From positions 434,526 to 498,525 of the forward strand of contig NIVC01000640.1 in NCBI GenBank assembly GCA_002269645.1: DNA of 64,000 bases, in the 5' to 3' direction. This stretch comes from Macrostomum lignano. Taxonomy: Eukaryota. Positions 38,964-51,100 of this stretch are shown here, piece by piece. Numbering within the stretch: position 1 is the first letter of the stretch; every line of letters starts with the position of its first letter. The position numbers and the translations under genes are program-made. The notes below the pieces were generated by a model that had not been told where the DNA came from, searched no databases, and saw nothing but the letters and a program-made list of their open reading frames with translations.

Positions 38964-41900
38964 TCAAATGGCCCACCAGCGACATCCGTCGCCAGACATG
39001 GTCACTGTTGCCGCCTCGCCGTCGTCGCCTTCGCCTTCACCGTCGCTGTCCGGTCCACTAGAAAACTGGGCATCGGCTTCGTCTCTGCCCTTGTACTCAA
39101 AGCTGGCGCTTCTGTCTTCTTGTCTCTCACTGCCCGAGCTCCAGCTGCCAACAAATCCAGTTTCGATGCTCCCGGCTTTGCTGCTACCGACAAATCCTGC
39201 TGGATCCTTGTCTGATCCGTCTTGCATCTCGTTGCTGCTCGATTCTTTATTGCATCGCTCTTTGATCTTGCCGACATTGTCGTTGAGCTCACCAGTTGTG
39301 GATTGCTTGCCGCTGGCCAGGGTGACTGCCGCGCTCTCTTCGTTGTCCAGCTCGGCCAGGAATTGCTCGACTTTGCTCCGGCCCAGAATGCGAGCGCAGT
39401 CAAGCGCCGTGAGGTCCCAGCGATCGCGCAGGCGTCGGTCGACGCGGCAGACGCTGCAGAGGAACTGAACAGCGGCCAGGCGGCCCTCCGACGCGGCCAC
39501 GTGTAGAGGGGTGCGGCTGTCGTAGTCACAGGAGTTTATGTCGTGGCCCTGTGACGGAGTGGACAGCACTGTCAATGTTAGCCTTCAGCCAAATTCCCCT
39601 CATGGAATTCCCTTCATGGAACTCCCACACGGAACTCCCACATGGAATTCCCCACATGGAATTCCCTTCATAAAATTTTCTTCATGGAATTCCCCTCATC
39701 GAATTCCCCTTATGGAATTCCCCTAATGGAATTCCTCTAATGGAACTCCCCTCACCGAATTCCCCTCACCGAATTCCCCTCACCGAATTCCCCTCACCGA
39801 ATTCCCCTCACCGAATTCCCCTCACCGAATTCCCCTCACCGAATTCCCCTCACCGAATTCCCCTCACCGAATTCCCCTCACCGAATTCCCCTCACCGAAT
39901 CCCCCTCACCGAATTCCCCTCACCGAATTCCCCTCTCCGAATTCCCCTCACCGAATTCCCCTCTCCGAATTCCCCTCACCGAATTCCCCTCACAGAATTC
40001 CCCTCACCGAATTCCCCTCACAAAATTCCCCTCACCGAATTCCCCTCACAAAATTCCCCTCACAGAATTCCCCTCACAGAATTCCCCTCACCGAATTCCC
40101 CTCACAGAATTCCCCTCACAGAATTCCCCTCACCGAATGCCGAATTCCCCTCACCGAATGCCGAATTCCCCTCACCGAATGCCGAATTCCCCATTCTTCA
40201 CTTCTAGGCATACCCAGACTGAATCCCCCGCTAGCTCCTCACCGTCAAGTAGAACCGCCGCAGGCAGGCGATGTCGCCGTCTCTAGCCGCGTACAGCATG
40301 GTGGAGACAGCGTCGAACCTGGCTCTGCCCGAGTCGGCCAGCCGGCCAGTCGGGTCCAGCTTCCTGTTGTGCAGCAGCGAGTCGTACAGGTGAAAGCTGT
40401 ACTGCCGCACCAGCAGCTCGCAGAAGTGCAGCGACCTGGCGGACACGCGGCCCTGCAGCAGCCGCGGGGAGTACAGGCAGAGGCCCATGACATTCGGCAG
40501 CACAGCCAAGAGGCAGCCGCTGACGCCCGCGGTGGCCGGTAAGCCGCATTTGAAGGCGAATCGGCCAGAGTGCCGGCCAAGCCCGCAGCTGTGCATCACC
40601 GACAGGGTGCTGCGGGTGGCAGCCGGGCTGAGCACCCGGTCCTCGGTCAGGGGGCAGACTCCGCCGTTAGCCAGGGCAGCCGCGATCAGGGCCCCGGCCT
40701 TGAATTGGAGAATTGGGGATCGGGTCTGCTTGACTCCATTGTGCTTGATTGGCCCATTCTTTGCACTCTCCACACCCCTAATTTCCAACTTCATTTTCCT
40801 CTTTGTCTTCCTCTCTGTCTCCCCCTCTCTGTCTCCCTACTCTCTCTCTCCCCTCTTTGTCTCCCTTTCTCTCTGTCTCCCCTCTCTGTCTCCCTTTCTC
40901 TCTGTCTCCCACTCTGTCTCCCACTCTCTGTCTCCCACTCTCTGTCTCCCACTCTCTGTCTCCCACTCTCTGTCTCCCTTTCTCTCTGTCTCCCCCCTCT
41001 CTGTCTCCCCCTCTCTGTCTCCCCCCCTCTCTGTCTCCCACTCTGTCTCCCACTCTCTGTCCCTTGCCTCACTCCACCTCACAACCTCTCGCCTCATGTG
41101 TTATCTCCGGTAGTATTAGTGAACTGATTTTAGAAATTTGGCGAATGCATTCTACACAAATTCGCCGAATAGGTAAATAAGTAGTCAAAACGAGCATGAG
41201 TTATATAATTTCTCTACGTTAGCAAAACCTAACAAAATCCGCACCTGACAGTCAATAGAGAAGGACGCCAACTGCAGGTGCAAATCCATGGCGTCTGCAG
41301 CCTGTGCACCGGGCGGGAAGGCGCCCAGCTCCATCAGGCGGTAGGCGGCAGCCCAGTTGTGATAATTGGCCTCCCGCTGCGACAGGTACGAGCCCGTGTG
41401 CACCGACACGGAGCCTCCGGCCAGCAGGCGGCTGTAGACACGGCACAGGGCGGAGAACCGAGCGGAGAGCGGGTCCTGCGGCGAGCCGATCAGGGCGGCG
41501 GTGAGCAGCGCGCCGGAGCCCGTCAGCGGGTTGAATGGCTTGCCATCCGGACCGATCTCTAAGCCTTCGTGGTGTACACCTGTTTGGATTCACCATTCTC
41601 TCATGCTGTCATTCTGTTGTAATTTTGCAAATCTGTAATGCTGACATTCTGTTATTCAGCCATTCTGCCATTCTGCCATTCTGCCATTCTGCCATTCTGC
41701 CATTTTGCCATTCTACCATTTTGCCATTTTGCCATATTGCCATTTTGCCATTCGGCCATTTTGCCATTCTGCCATTTTGCTATTCTGTCACTCTGCTATT
41801 CTGCCATTCTGCCATTCTGCTATTTTGCCATTCTGCCATTTTTATATTTTTCAGTTTTCTATTCTGCCATTCTGCCATTTTGCCATTCTGCCATTCTGCC

Positions 41901-44900
41901 ATTCTGCTATTCTGCCATTCTGCCATTCTGCCATTCTGCCATTTTGCCATATTGCCATATTGCCATTCGGCCATTTTGCCATTCTGCCATTTTGCCATTC
42001 TGCCATTCTGCCATTCTGCTATTCTGCCATTCTGCCATTCTGCCATTCTGCCATTTTGCCATATTGCCATTTTGCCATTCGGCCATTTTGCCATTCTGCC
42101 ATTTTGCTATTCTGTCACTCTGCTATTCTGCCATTCTGCCATTCTGCTATTTTGCCATTCTGCCATTTTTATATTTTTCAGTTTTCTATTCTGCCATTCT
42201 GCCATTTTGCCATTCTGCCATTCTGCCATTCTGCTATTCTGCCATTCTGCCATTCTGCCATTCTGCCATTCTGCCATTTTGCCATTCTGCCATTCTGCTA
42301 TTCTGCCATTCTGCTATTCTGCCATTCTGCCATTCTGCCATTTTGCCATTCTTTCATGCCGTCATTCCGTCATTCTGCAGCAGAAATGAATGAACAATTG
42401 CTCACCAACTGGCTCATAGCCAACAAATTGGTGCACAACAACCGGTCCCTTCTCCGTCAGCGCCACAGCATAGATGATTGGCTGGCTGCAGTCCTGCAGG
42501 CAGAAGGCCGCTCGAGAATCGCCAAGCGACAGCCGCTGACCGTCCACGGTGCACAGCGAGATGCCCCACAAGTCGGGGTCGGCCTGGGTGAGCTCTGGGG
42601 TCAGGCAGCTCACCTCACCGACGTTACACTCTTGCCGCGCTTGCCTGAGCGGGTGGATTAAGTGCATTATCGCTTGCTGGCCCAGTCACCGGAAGCTAGT
42701 GTCACAATGGAAGCTGCTGTCACAATGGAAGCTAGTGTCACAATGGAAGCTAGTGTCACAATGGAAGCTAGTGCCACAGTGGAAGCTGCTGTCACAATGG
42801 AAGCTAGTGTCACAGTGTAAGCTAGTGTCACAATGGAAGCTAGTGTCACAGTGGAAGCTAGTGTCACAGTGGAAGCTAGTGTCACAGTGGAAGCTAGTGT
42901 CACAGTGGAAGCTAGTGTCACAATAGAAGCTAGTGACACAATGGAAGCTGCTGTCACAATAGAAGCTAGTGTCACAATGGAAGCTAGTGTCACAGTGGAA
43001 GCTAGTGTCACAATAGAAGCTAGTGACACAATGGAAGCTGCTGTCACAATAGAAGCTAGTGTCACAATGGAAGCTAGTGTCACAATGGAAGCTAGTGTCC
43101 CAATGGAAGCTAGTGTCACAATGGAAGCTAGTGTCACAGTGGAAGCTGCTGTCACAATGGAAGCTGCTGTCACAATGGAAGCTAGTGTCACAATGGAAGC
43201 TTATGTCACAATGGAAGCTAGTGTCACAATGGAAGCTAGTGTCACAATGGAAGTTAGTGTCCCAAAGGAAGCTAGTGTCACAATGGAAGCTAGTGTCACA
43301 ATGGAAGCTGCTGTCACAATGGAAGCTAGTGTCACAATGGAAGCTAGTGTCACAATGGAAGCTAGTGTCACAATGGAAGCTAGTGTCACAATGGAAGCTG
43401 CTGTCACAATGGAAGCTAGTGTCACAATGAAAGCTAGTGTTCCAATGGAAGCTTGTGTCACAATGGAAGCTAGTGTCACAATGGAAGCTAGTGTCACAGT
43501 GGAAGCTATTGTCACAATGGAAGCTTATGTCACAATGGAAGCTAGTGTCACAGTGGAAGCTGCTGTCACAATGGAAGCTGCTGTCCCAATGGAAGCTAGT
43601 GTCCCCATGGAAGCTAGTGTCACAATGGAAGCTTATGTCACAATGGAAGCTAGTGTCACAATGGAAGCTAGTGTCACAATGGAAGCTAGTGTCACAATGG
43701 AAGCTAGTGTCACAATGGAAGCTAGTGTCACAATGGAATCTAGTGTCACAATGGAAGCTAGTGTCACAATGGAAGCTAGTGTCACAGTGTAAGCTAGTGT
43801 CACAATGGAAGCTAGTGTCACAGTGGAAGCTAGTGTCACAGTGGAAGCTAGTGTCACAATAGAAGCTAGTGACACAATGGAAGCTGCTGTCACAATAGAA
43901 GCTAGTGTCACAATGGAAGCTAGTGTCACAATGGAAGCTAGTGTCCCAATGGAAGCTAGTGTCACAATGGAAGCTAGTGTCACAGTGGAAGCTGCTGTCA
44001 CAATGGAAGCTGCTGTCACAATGGAAGCTAGTGTCACAATGGAAGCTTATGTCACAATGGAAGCTAGTGTCACAATGGAAGCTAGTGTCACAATGGAAGT
44101 TAGTGTCCCAATGGAAGCTAGTGTCACAATGGAAGCTAGTGTCACAATGGAAGCTAGTGTCACAATGGAAGCTGCTGTCACAATGGAAGCTAGTGTCACA
44201 ATGGAAGCTAGTGTCACAATGGAAGCTAGTGTCACAATGGAAGCTAGTGTCACAATGGAAGCTGCTGTCACAATGGAAGCTAGTGTCACAATGAAAGCTA
44301 GTGTTCCAATGGAAGCTTGTGTCACAATGGAAGCTAGTGTCACAATGGAAGCTAGTGTCACAGTGGAAGCTAGTGTCACAATGGAAGCTTATGTCACAAT
44401 GGAAGCTAGTGTCACAGTGGAAGCTGCTGTCACAATGGAAGCTGCTGTCCCAATGGAAGCTAGTGTCCCCATGGAAGCTAGTGTCACAATGGAAGCTTAT
44501 GTCACAATGGAAGCTAGTGTCACAATGGAAGCTTGTGTCACAATGGAAGCTAGTGTCACAATGGAAGCTAGTGTCACAATGGAAGCTTGTGTCACAATGG
44601 AAGCTTATGTCACAATGGAAGCTAGTGTCCTGGTATCATACCGAAAGCTTCGGTTTCAAGCCAGGGACCACTGTAGTATAACAGGACGAAAAACTAAAAA
44701 ATCGTGTCCTGAAAAAATACACTGCGGAGATAGGGAAAAATCGTTTTTTCATCACAACATAAATGATTGCACTTTCTCTGGGGCAGTGAAGATGACTATT
44801 TCTTAAATTTATTATGCACAGCATGTAAATCTGTTGCATTTTACATATAAGGGGTTATAGACAAGTGGATAGGGTTTCGGACACATGACTGAAAGTTCGG

Positions 44901-46213
44901 GAGTTCGATTCCCGATCCCACTGGAACAATTTGTGTCCTTGAGTAAGACACTTAACTCTGCATTGCTTCAGTTCACCCAACTGTAAAATGGGTGCCAGCA
45001 TTAGCTGGGGTAACTGAGGCTGTGTGTGGCGACCCCCCAGTCCTTGGACTGAACAGCCGTACGCAGCCTTCAGATGCGCCGCGCAATAGCTGCGGCTGAG
45101 CTGTCGGTTGCACATCTGGCCCAATTGGGACAGGTGTAATCAAATAATGTCAGAAATTTTCACTACACAGCTACATAAAATACAACAGAGTAACATGTTT
45201 TGCATGCTTAGTTAAAAGAATGTTAATATTCAATGTCCCAGATCAAATGCAATCATTGATTTTGTGATGAGAGAATGATTTTTCCCTATCTCCGCAGTGC
45301 ATTTTTCCACTGCTTGCTATCTGGGGGTGCTTGCTATCTGGGGGATGCTTGCTATCTGGGGGATGCTTGCTATCTGGGGGGGGGAGTGCTGGCTACCTTG
45401 GGGGTGCTTGCTATCTGGGAGGGGGTGCTTGCTATCTGCGGGATGCTTGCTATCTGGGGATGCTTGCTATCTGGGGGGGTGCTTGCTATCTGGGGGGTGC
45501 TTGCTATCTGGGGGGGGGTGCTTGCTATCTGCGGGGTGCTTGCTATCTGGGGGGGGTGCTTGCTATCTGGGGGGGGGTGCTTGCTATCTGGGGGGGGGGG
45601 GTTGCTTGCTATCTGAGGGATGCTTGCTATCTTTTTGTGAAGGCTTTATTTTGTTGTGACCTTTTGTTACTATAGAAAGAAAGAGCTTTATAGCAAACAT
45701 CTTTGTCCGTGACAATTTTACTCGAATAAGGTGATTTATAATACTGAAGAAGGAATTTGTTCTTAAGAAAATGTGCTTTTTAATGGATTTGCATGAATAA
45801 TTTTTGCTCCTTGCTTATTGGGCGCCCCGAAGGGGGGCACTAGATTGCTAGTCAAATACTAAAAGCAACCAAACAAAAATTACCACTCACTCAAACAGCA
45901 TCTCGATAGTCTGCGCAAATCCGACAAAGTCGCGCACAATGAGCTCATTGCGCAGCACCTTGAGCAGAAAGACGCTGCCAGTGGCCGAGAAGATTCGCTC
46001 AACCGACTCTTTGCTGAAGGCGGCCTCGCCCTCATTGTCTGACATTGCGGCCAGCAGCTGCTGCAGGTTGGCCTTGATGCGCGGGTCCCGCTTGTCGATG
46101 CCCTCGGTGCGCAGCCAGGCGGTCAGCTTGGCGGCCCGGATCAGGCCGAGGTCCTCGGCGCTGTAGCGGACAGCCGAAGGCGCTGCTACCTGCGAGACAG
46201 TTTGAGTCTGCAT
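38964..46213 (-). CDS. GLS: Glutaminase-family protein with C-terminal ankyrin repeats, predicted catalytically inactive, about 645 aa; exons 46213-45891, 42644-42406, 41579-41245, 40698-40243, 39548-38964
   Basis: Motifs PDLWGISLCTVDGQR, FCLQ, GYEP, KPFNP, LANGGVCPLT, MHSCG, GLPA, PNVMG, then ankyrin DYDSRTPLHVAASEG and DRWDLTALD, all collinear with KGA/GLS2. Five exons total 1938 nt with consistent phases and no internal stop. Start at 46213 is tentative. Confidence 0.9.
39590..40195. repeat. 14-bp minisatellite (GAATTCCCCTCACC)n
   Basis: Direct reading; glutaminase intron 4. Confidence 0.93.
40800..41060. repeat. CT-rich low-complexity repeat
   Basis: Direct reading; glutaminase intron 3. 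Confidence 0.8.
41655..42350. repeat. 8-bp repeat (GCCATTCT)n
   Basis: Direct reading; glutaminase intron 2. Confidence 0.93.
42693..44628. repeat. 18-bp minisatellite (GTCACAATGGAAGCTAGT)n
   Basis: Direct reading; glutaminase intron 1. Confidence 0.96.
44852..45143 (+). mobile_element. tRNA-derived SINE, copy 2
   Basis: GAGTTCGATTCC B box, shared core, tail ending GGTGTAATCAA. Located in glutaminase intron 1. Confidence 0.8.
45308..45630. repeat. G-tract repeat (GCTTGCTATCTG-G(n)-T)
   Basis: Direct reading. Confidence 0.88.
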
Positions 46214-46793
46214 TGCTCAGCTTGGGAGAGGAGAAGACAGTTCTGTGCTGTGTCTGTAAAACCGTGCCAGAAAATTGATTATATTCTCTTGAGACTGCGT
46301 TTGTTTATTGCGTAATGCAAATATTAGCACTATCGCACCACGCACCACGGCTGGGTGAGTGAGTTTCAATTTAAACTCAATTAATTGCGTGCAAAGCGCG
46401 ATGAACCCTAGTTGGGCCCGCCCCCTGAGATGTCTCTGTGATGCAATCTTACAAGAACACAAGAAGGTCATCAAAATTTTATAAGCGACGAAGTAAACCT
46501 TCGTGAAAGCTAATAACTTCAACGATTCAATATAGAGAAACAGATTTGCTCAAAGTAGCCCCCAGTAGCAACAAGATTACATCATAGCCAAGGCCTCAAA
46601 ACCAACTATAACTTTAAACGCTGCATAGAACGTACAGATTCTCACGCACAGACTGGGTAATTTTTCTAACTCTCCACAATGCCCCAATTTCATAATAATT
46701 TCGTCAGTAAAGCAATAAAGCTATAACAACTCACACTACTGCCAGTAAGCTTCGCGGGTTAAAGATTCCATTCTTAGTGTGGTTGAGTCACTT

Positions 46794-47080
<287 letters not shown>

Positions 47081-48135
47081 CTTTTACTCTGCAAGTTCGA
47101 CAAGAACTCGGAAATACACCGTTAACAGAAATAACTGTGTGGCTGACTATATCCTGGTATTTTAGTGTGCAATGGCAGAAATGATTTTTATCTATCTGCT
47201 TTGTAGACCATTTTATTGACTAAACGCATTTTAATATCTCAGCCGCGCAATGATATTAGCGATAGAAATATAGATAGACAACACACTTAAGACACTGCAC
47301 ACTGGGCTACTTGCAGTAGGTAGGCTAGAAAGATAACTGTGCATTAATCAGAGACTATAGCATAAGGAATTGATAGCGTTGCAGTTACTCTTAAGGATTA
47401 ATTAACTTAACGGATTAAATATATCTAAGTAAAATTTATTACATACCAATACGCTCGTACAACATAATTATTTAAATTACTATTATGCAGTGGCAGAATA
47501 AAATCATTTATAACAGCTTGCATACGTGATGCTACTCACTAATATATGGCATTAGTCGTTATGACATGGTGTAACAGCTTGTAATAAGCTACAGTTAAAA
47601 CTTGAAGGTAAAATCGCAAGGAGATTCTTGTCAGCCAAAAAGACGCAAAGTGCGCAATGCTACGACATTGTCGCTGAGGTATGCACGAGAATTTGATAGA
47701 TCTAGCATTTTGAGCTATCATGGTTCCCGTCCTTACTTGTGACACTACCTCAGATCAGACTCATAGCTCGCACAGCTTCAAATGATTTAGGAAAGTTCAG
47801 GAGGTCAGGAGACAATCATGTCAACGAAGGTTAAAAAAATCCGGAAAGTTCCTATTTCTCCGATTTGATTATAGAGAGTCAAGGTACGATTAGATTAGAA
47901 AGTCAGGGCGTGCACCCCGTGTGAGCTGTGTGTGAGCATGTGCCTGAGTACAGTATCAACGCGCTTGTATGTGGTCAGGAGTCAGCGGAATGTGCTGAAT
48001 CGCCTCAGCGTTGGTTGTTGGGACGATGTCTGCGTCCTAATAAGTGGTGCAGTGCAAAGCTGTCAGTGAGGCGTTGTGCCCTCCCAGTTAGTTGAGCTGT
48101 CAGCTCAGAACACGCCATCCGCAATGCGTCAGCAC

Positions 48136-51100
48136 TCAGATGTGCCTGTTGGCCAACTCATCGAAAGAATCATCGCCGAACGCTCGTCTGTTCCGCTGCT
48201 GTGAGTGCACAGTGAAGCTGCTCTGCTGCTGCTGCTGCTGCTCGAATGTTCCATCATGAGCAGCCAACTCGAATCCGGCATCACCCTGCCAAAACTGCTC
48301 CTGCGGCTGCTGCTGCTGCTGCCTACTCTGCATTGGCATCGTCTCCTCCTTCTTAGGCATTAGCCGGGCAAAAAATCCCGAACGAAGAAAGCTATCAAAG
48401 CGACTCTCGTTGAACTGCGATTTCTTTGTTTGGTAGCCCAGGCTCACGAAAAAGAAGCAGAGAATGACAGCAATCACCACGAACACGGAGTAGAATATCG
48501 GATAGGCGATTGGGTGGATCTTGTTCATCACCTGGAATGGAAGATGGACAGATGCTGTAGTCTGGTGTGCGTGAGGCCTGAGCCAATCAGGCTGGGGCTG
48601 TGATGCTCCACCAAGCTGACAACTACTGTAGTCTGGTGTGCGTGAGGCCTGAACCAATCAGGCTGGGGCTGTGATACTCCACCAAGCTGACAACTACTGT
48701 AGTCTGGTGTGCGTGAGGCCTGAGCCAATCAGGCTGGGGCTGTGATGCTCCACCAAGCTGACAACTACTGTAGTCTGGTGTGCGTGAGGCCTGAGCCAAT
48801 CAGGCTGGGGCTGTGATACTCCACCAAGCTGACAACTACTGTAGTCTGGTGTGCGTGAGGCCTGAGCCAATCAGGCTGGGGCTGTGATGCTCCACCAAGC
48901 TGACAACTACTGTAGTCTGGTGTGCGTGAGGCCTGAGCCAATCAGGCTGGGGCTGTGATACTCCACCAAGCTGACAACTACTGTAGTCTGGTGTGCGTGA
49001 GGCCTGAGCCAATCAGGCTGGGGCTGTGATACTCCACCAAGCTGACAACTACTGTAGTCTGGTGTGCGTGAGGCCTGAGCCAATCAGGCTGGGGCAGCAA
49101 GTACCTTGTGTTTGTTCAAAGCTAACTGATGATTTCAAGCAAGCTGAGCCCTTACCGCAGCCATTAGCACGGGCAGAACAGCTTCGCCAAAGGCTGCGGA
49201 GGCAACCAGAGAAGTGGCTCGGTCCCCTGAAAATGTTTATTTTTCGAATTTGCAATTAGCGAAAGCCGCATGTAGGAGAACAGTCTTACAGCACAAGTTC
49301 TACTCCGCCAAAAGACTCACTGGTTACTTGAATGAACTGCTCAGTGAGAGCCAGCAGGGCTGGCATGCAGTGGCTAATGAAGAAGCCCGTGAGCATGGTG
49401 CTCAAGAACAGAACAGCCATACTTTTCTGGCCAATCATAAACAGCGTAGCTGAGAACACAAGTCCAACCTGTTAAAATTCAAATAAACAGTTTAAATCCA
49501 AATTCTCCGGAACCGAATATTTGAGCACGGGCCTCACCAAGTCCAGAAATATTATGTGGACGCTGGACAGGCGAGCAGTGATGAAGATGCCTAACAGGCG
49601 ACCAATCAGCGTGAAGCCCTGAAATAAATACATCGTAAAAATTGAGTACTAAGAATTTCCGAAATGGCTTTTATGGTTATTAATAATGGCGGGAGAGCTG
49701 CGAAGACCCTGGCGCAACGCCTTCATCGACATCGTCCCACAACCAGCACTGACGGCGATTCTGCCAGTTCCGCTGACTATTGAGCACTGTACTCAGGCAC
49801 CCCCTTATAGTGGTTAAAGCGTCGGGCTTACAACTTGAAGGTCGGGGGTTCGATTCTCAACCCACTTGGAACAATTTTTGCCCTTGTGAGCAAAGACGTG
49901 TAACTCTGCATTGCTTCAGTTCACCCAGCTGTAAAATGGGTGCCAGCATTAGCTGGGGTAATTGAGGCTGTGTTTGGTGACCCCCAGTCCTTGGACTGAA
50001 CAGCCGTACGCAGCCTTCAGATGCGCCGCGCAATAGCTGCGGCTGAGCTGTCGGTTGCACATCTGGCCATTAAGGCAGGTGTAATCAATTATTAATTATT
50101 AATGGCATGTTGTATCTCTAATAGATAATCGGCTTAGCTTAATAATCCGCTCAGTCGCGGTGGCCGTCTTCAGTATATTTGCATACAATTGTCACGCATA
50201 TAATTGTCTATGGCCAAAGCCGCACAACTAAGGCTGGGAATACACCAACGCTCACACAGGGTGTACATTGGCTCTGAATGTCTAACCATCAGGCATGTAC
50301 ACCCTCTGTGCCTTGGGGCTGGCCATCAAGGCTGTGCATCGCACGACAACCTCCCTCCCGGGCCAATTTTCGTGTACGGAACTCTCTTAGCGCGAGAGTC
50401 AGCTGCTCTGGGCCTTCCCGAAATAGCTCTACATCGATTAGCATTTGGGCTGGGTGAGCTCGCTGGGGCAGCTTCAGCATCAGGGAGGGCAGCCTGCTCT
50501 GCTGGATGAAACAAGGCCTCAGCCTTTGATGCTGCCTTCCCGAGAGAAAATCTCACTACGATTTCCCGTTCCATTTTCTTTCTGAGAAATCCCTCCACTA
50601 CCCCCTCCCTTAGGAGGGCTGAGTGAGTCTCGAGTTCGCTCCGCCGCTAATCTCTACTGACAGGTCGCTCGGTCGGGCTCCTCACTTGTGGCTTGGCCCG
50701 GGACTACTCACTCGCTTCTCTGCCTCATCATGGGAAAGCTTTTTGCTTCCTCCGCGCCCCCAGAGCTGGCAAGTCATCTCTTTCTCCTTCCTCTAGAGGA
50801 AGCCAGAGCGATGCACTCCCGCCTACAGGCTGTCGCCTTCCCTGTCAGATCGCGTTGAATGTCTACTATGACGACGATAACGATACAAGAACGATATGAG
50901 CTATATCACTCACGAACTACAGTGTACTTGAGTCGGATAAAATCGTGTCAGTTATATAGCTAAAAGTTTAGTCACCTTTCTCCTTTTCTAGATAGCACAA
51001 GTGCAGTTATTTTGAAATACGGCCAAATTAATTGTGCTATAACTTCATATCTTCGACAAGCTTAACCACAACCCTAACCCTAACGGAGATATGAAGTGTC

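Noticed and set aside
42833-44806. MEASVT-repeat ORFs on the + strand
   Set aside because: 18-bp minisatellite within glutaminase intron 1; no unique coding flanks.
50204-50620. Coding-like fragments (LFREGPEQLTLALREF) suggesting a transposon relic; similar fragments at 1280-1400 and 4540-4700
   Set aside because: No diagnostic motif recognised; needs a translated repeat-library search.
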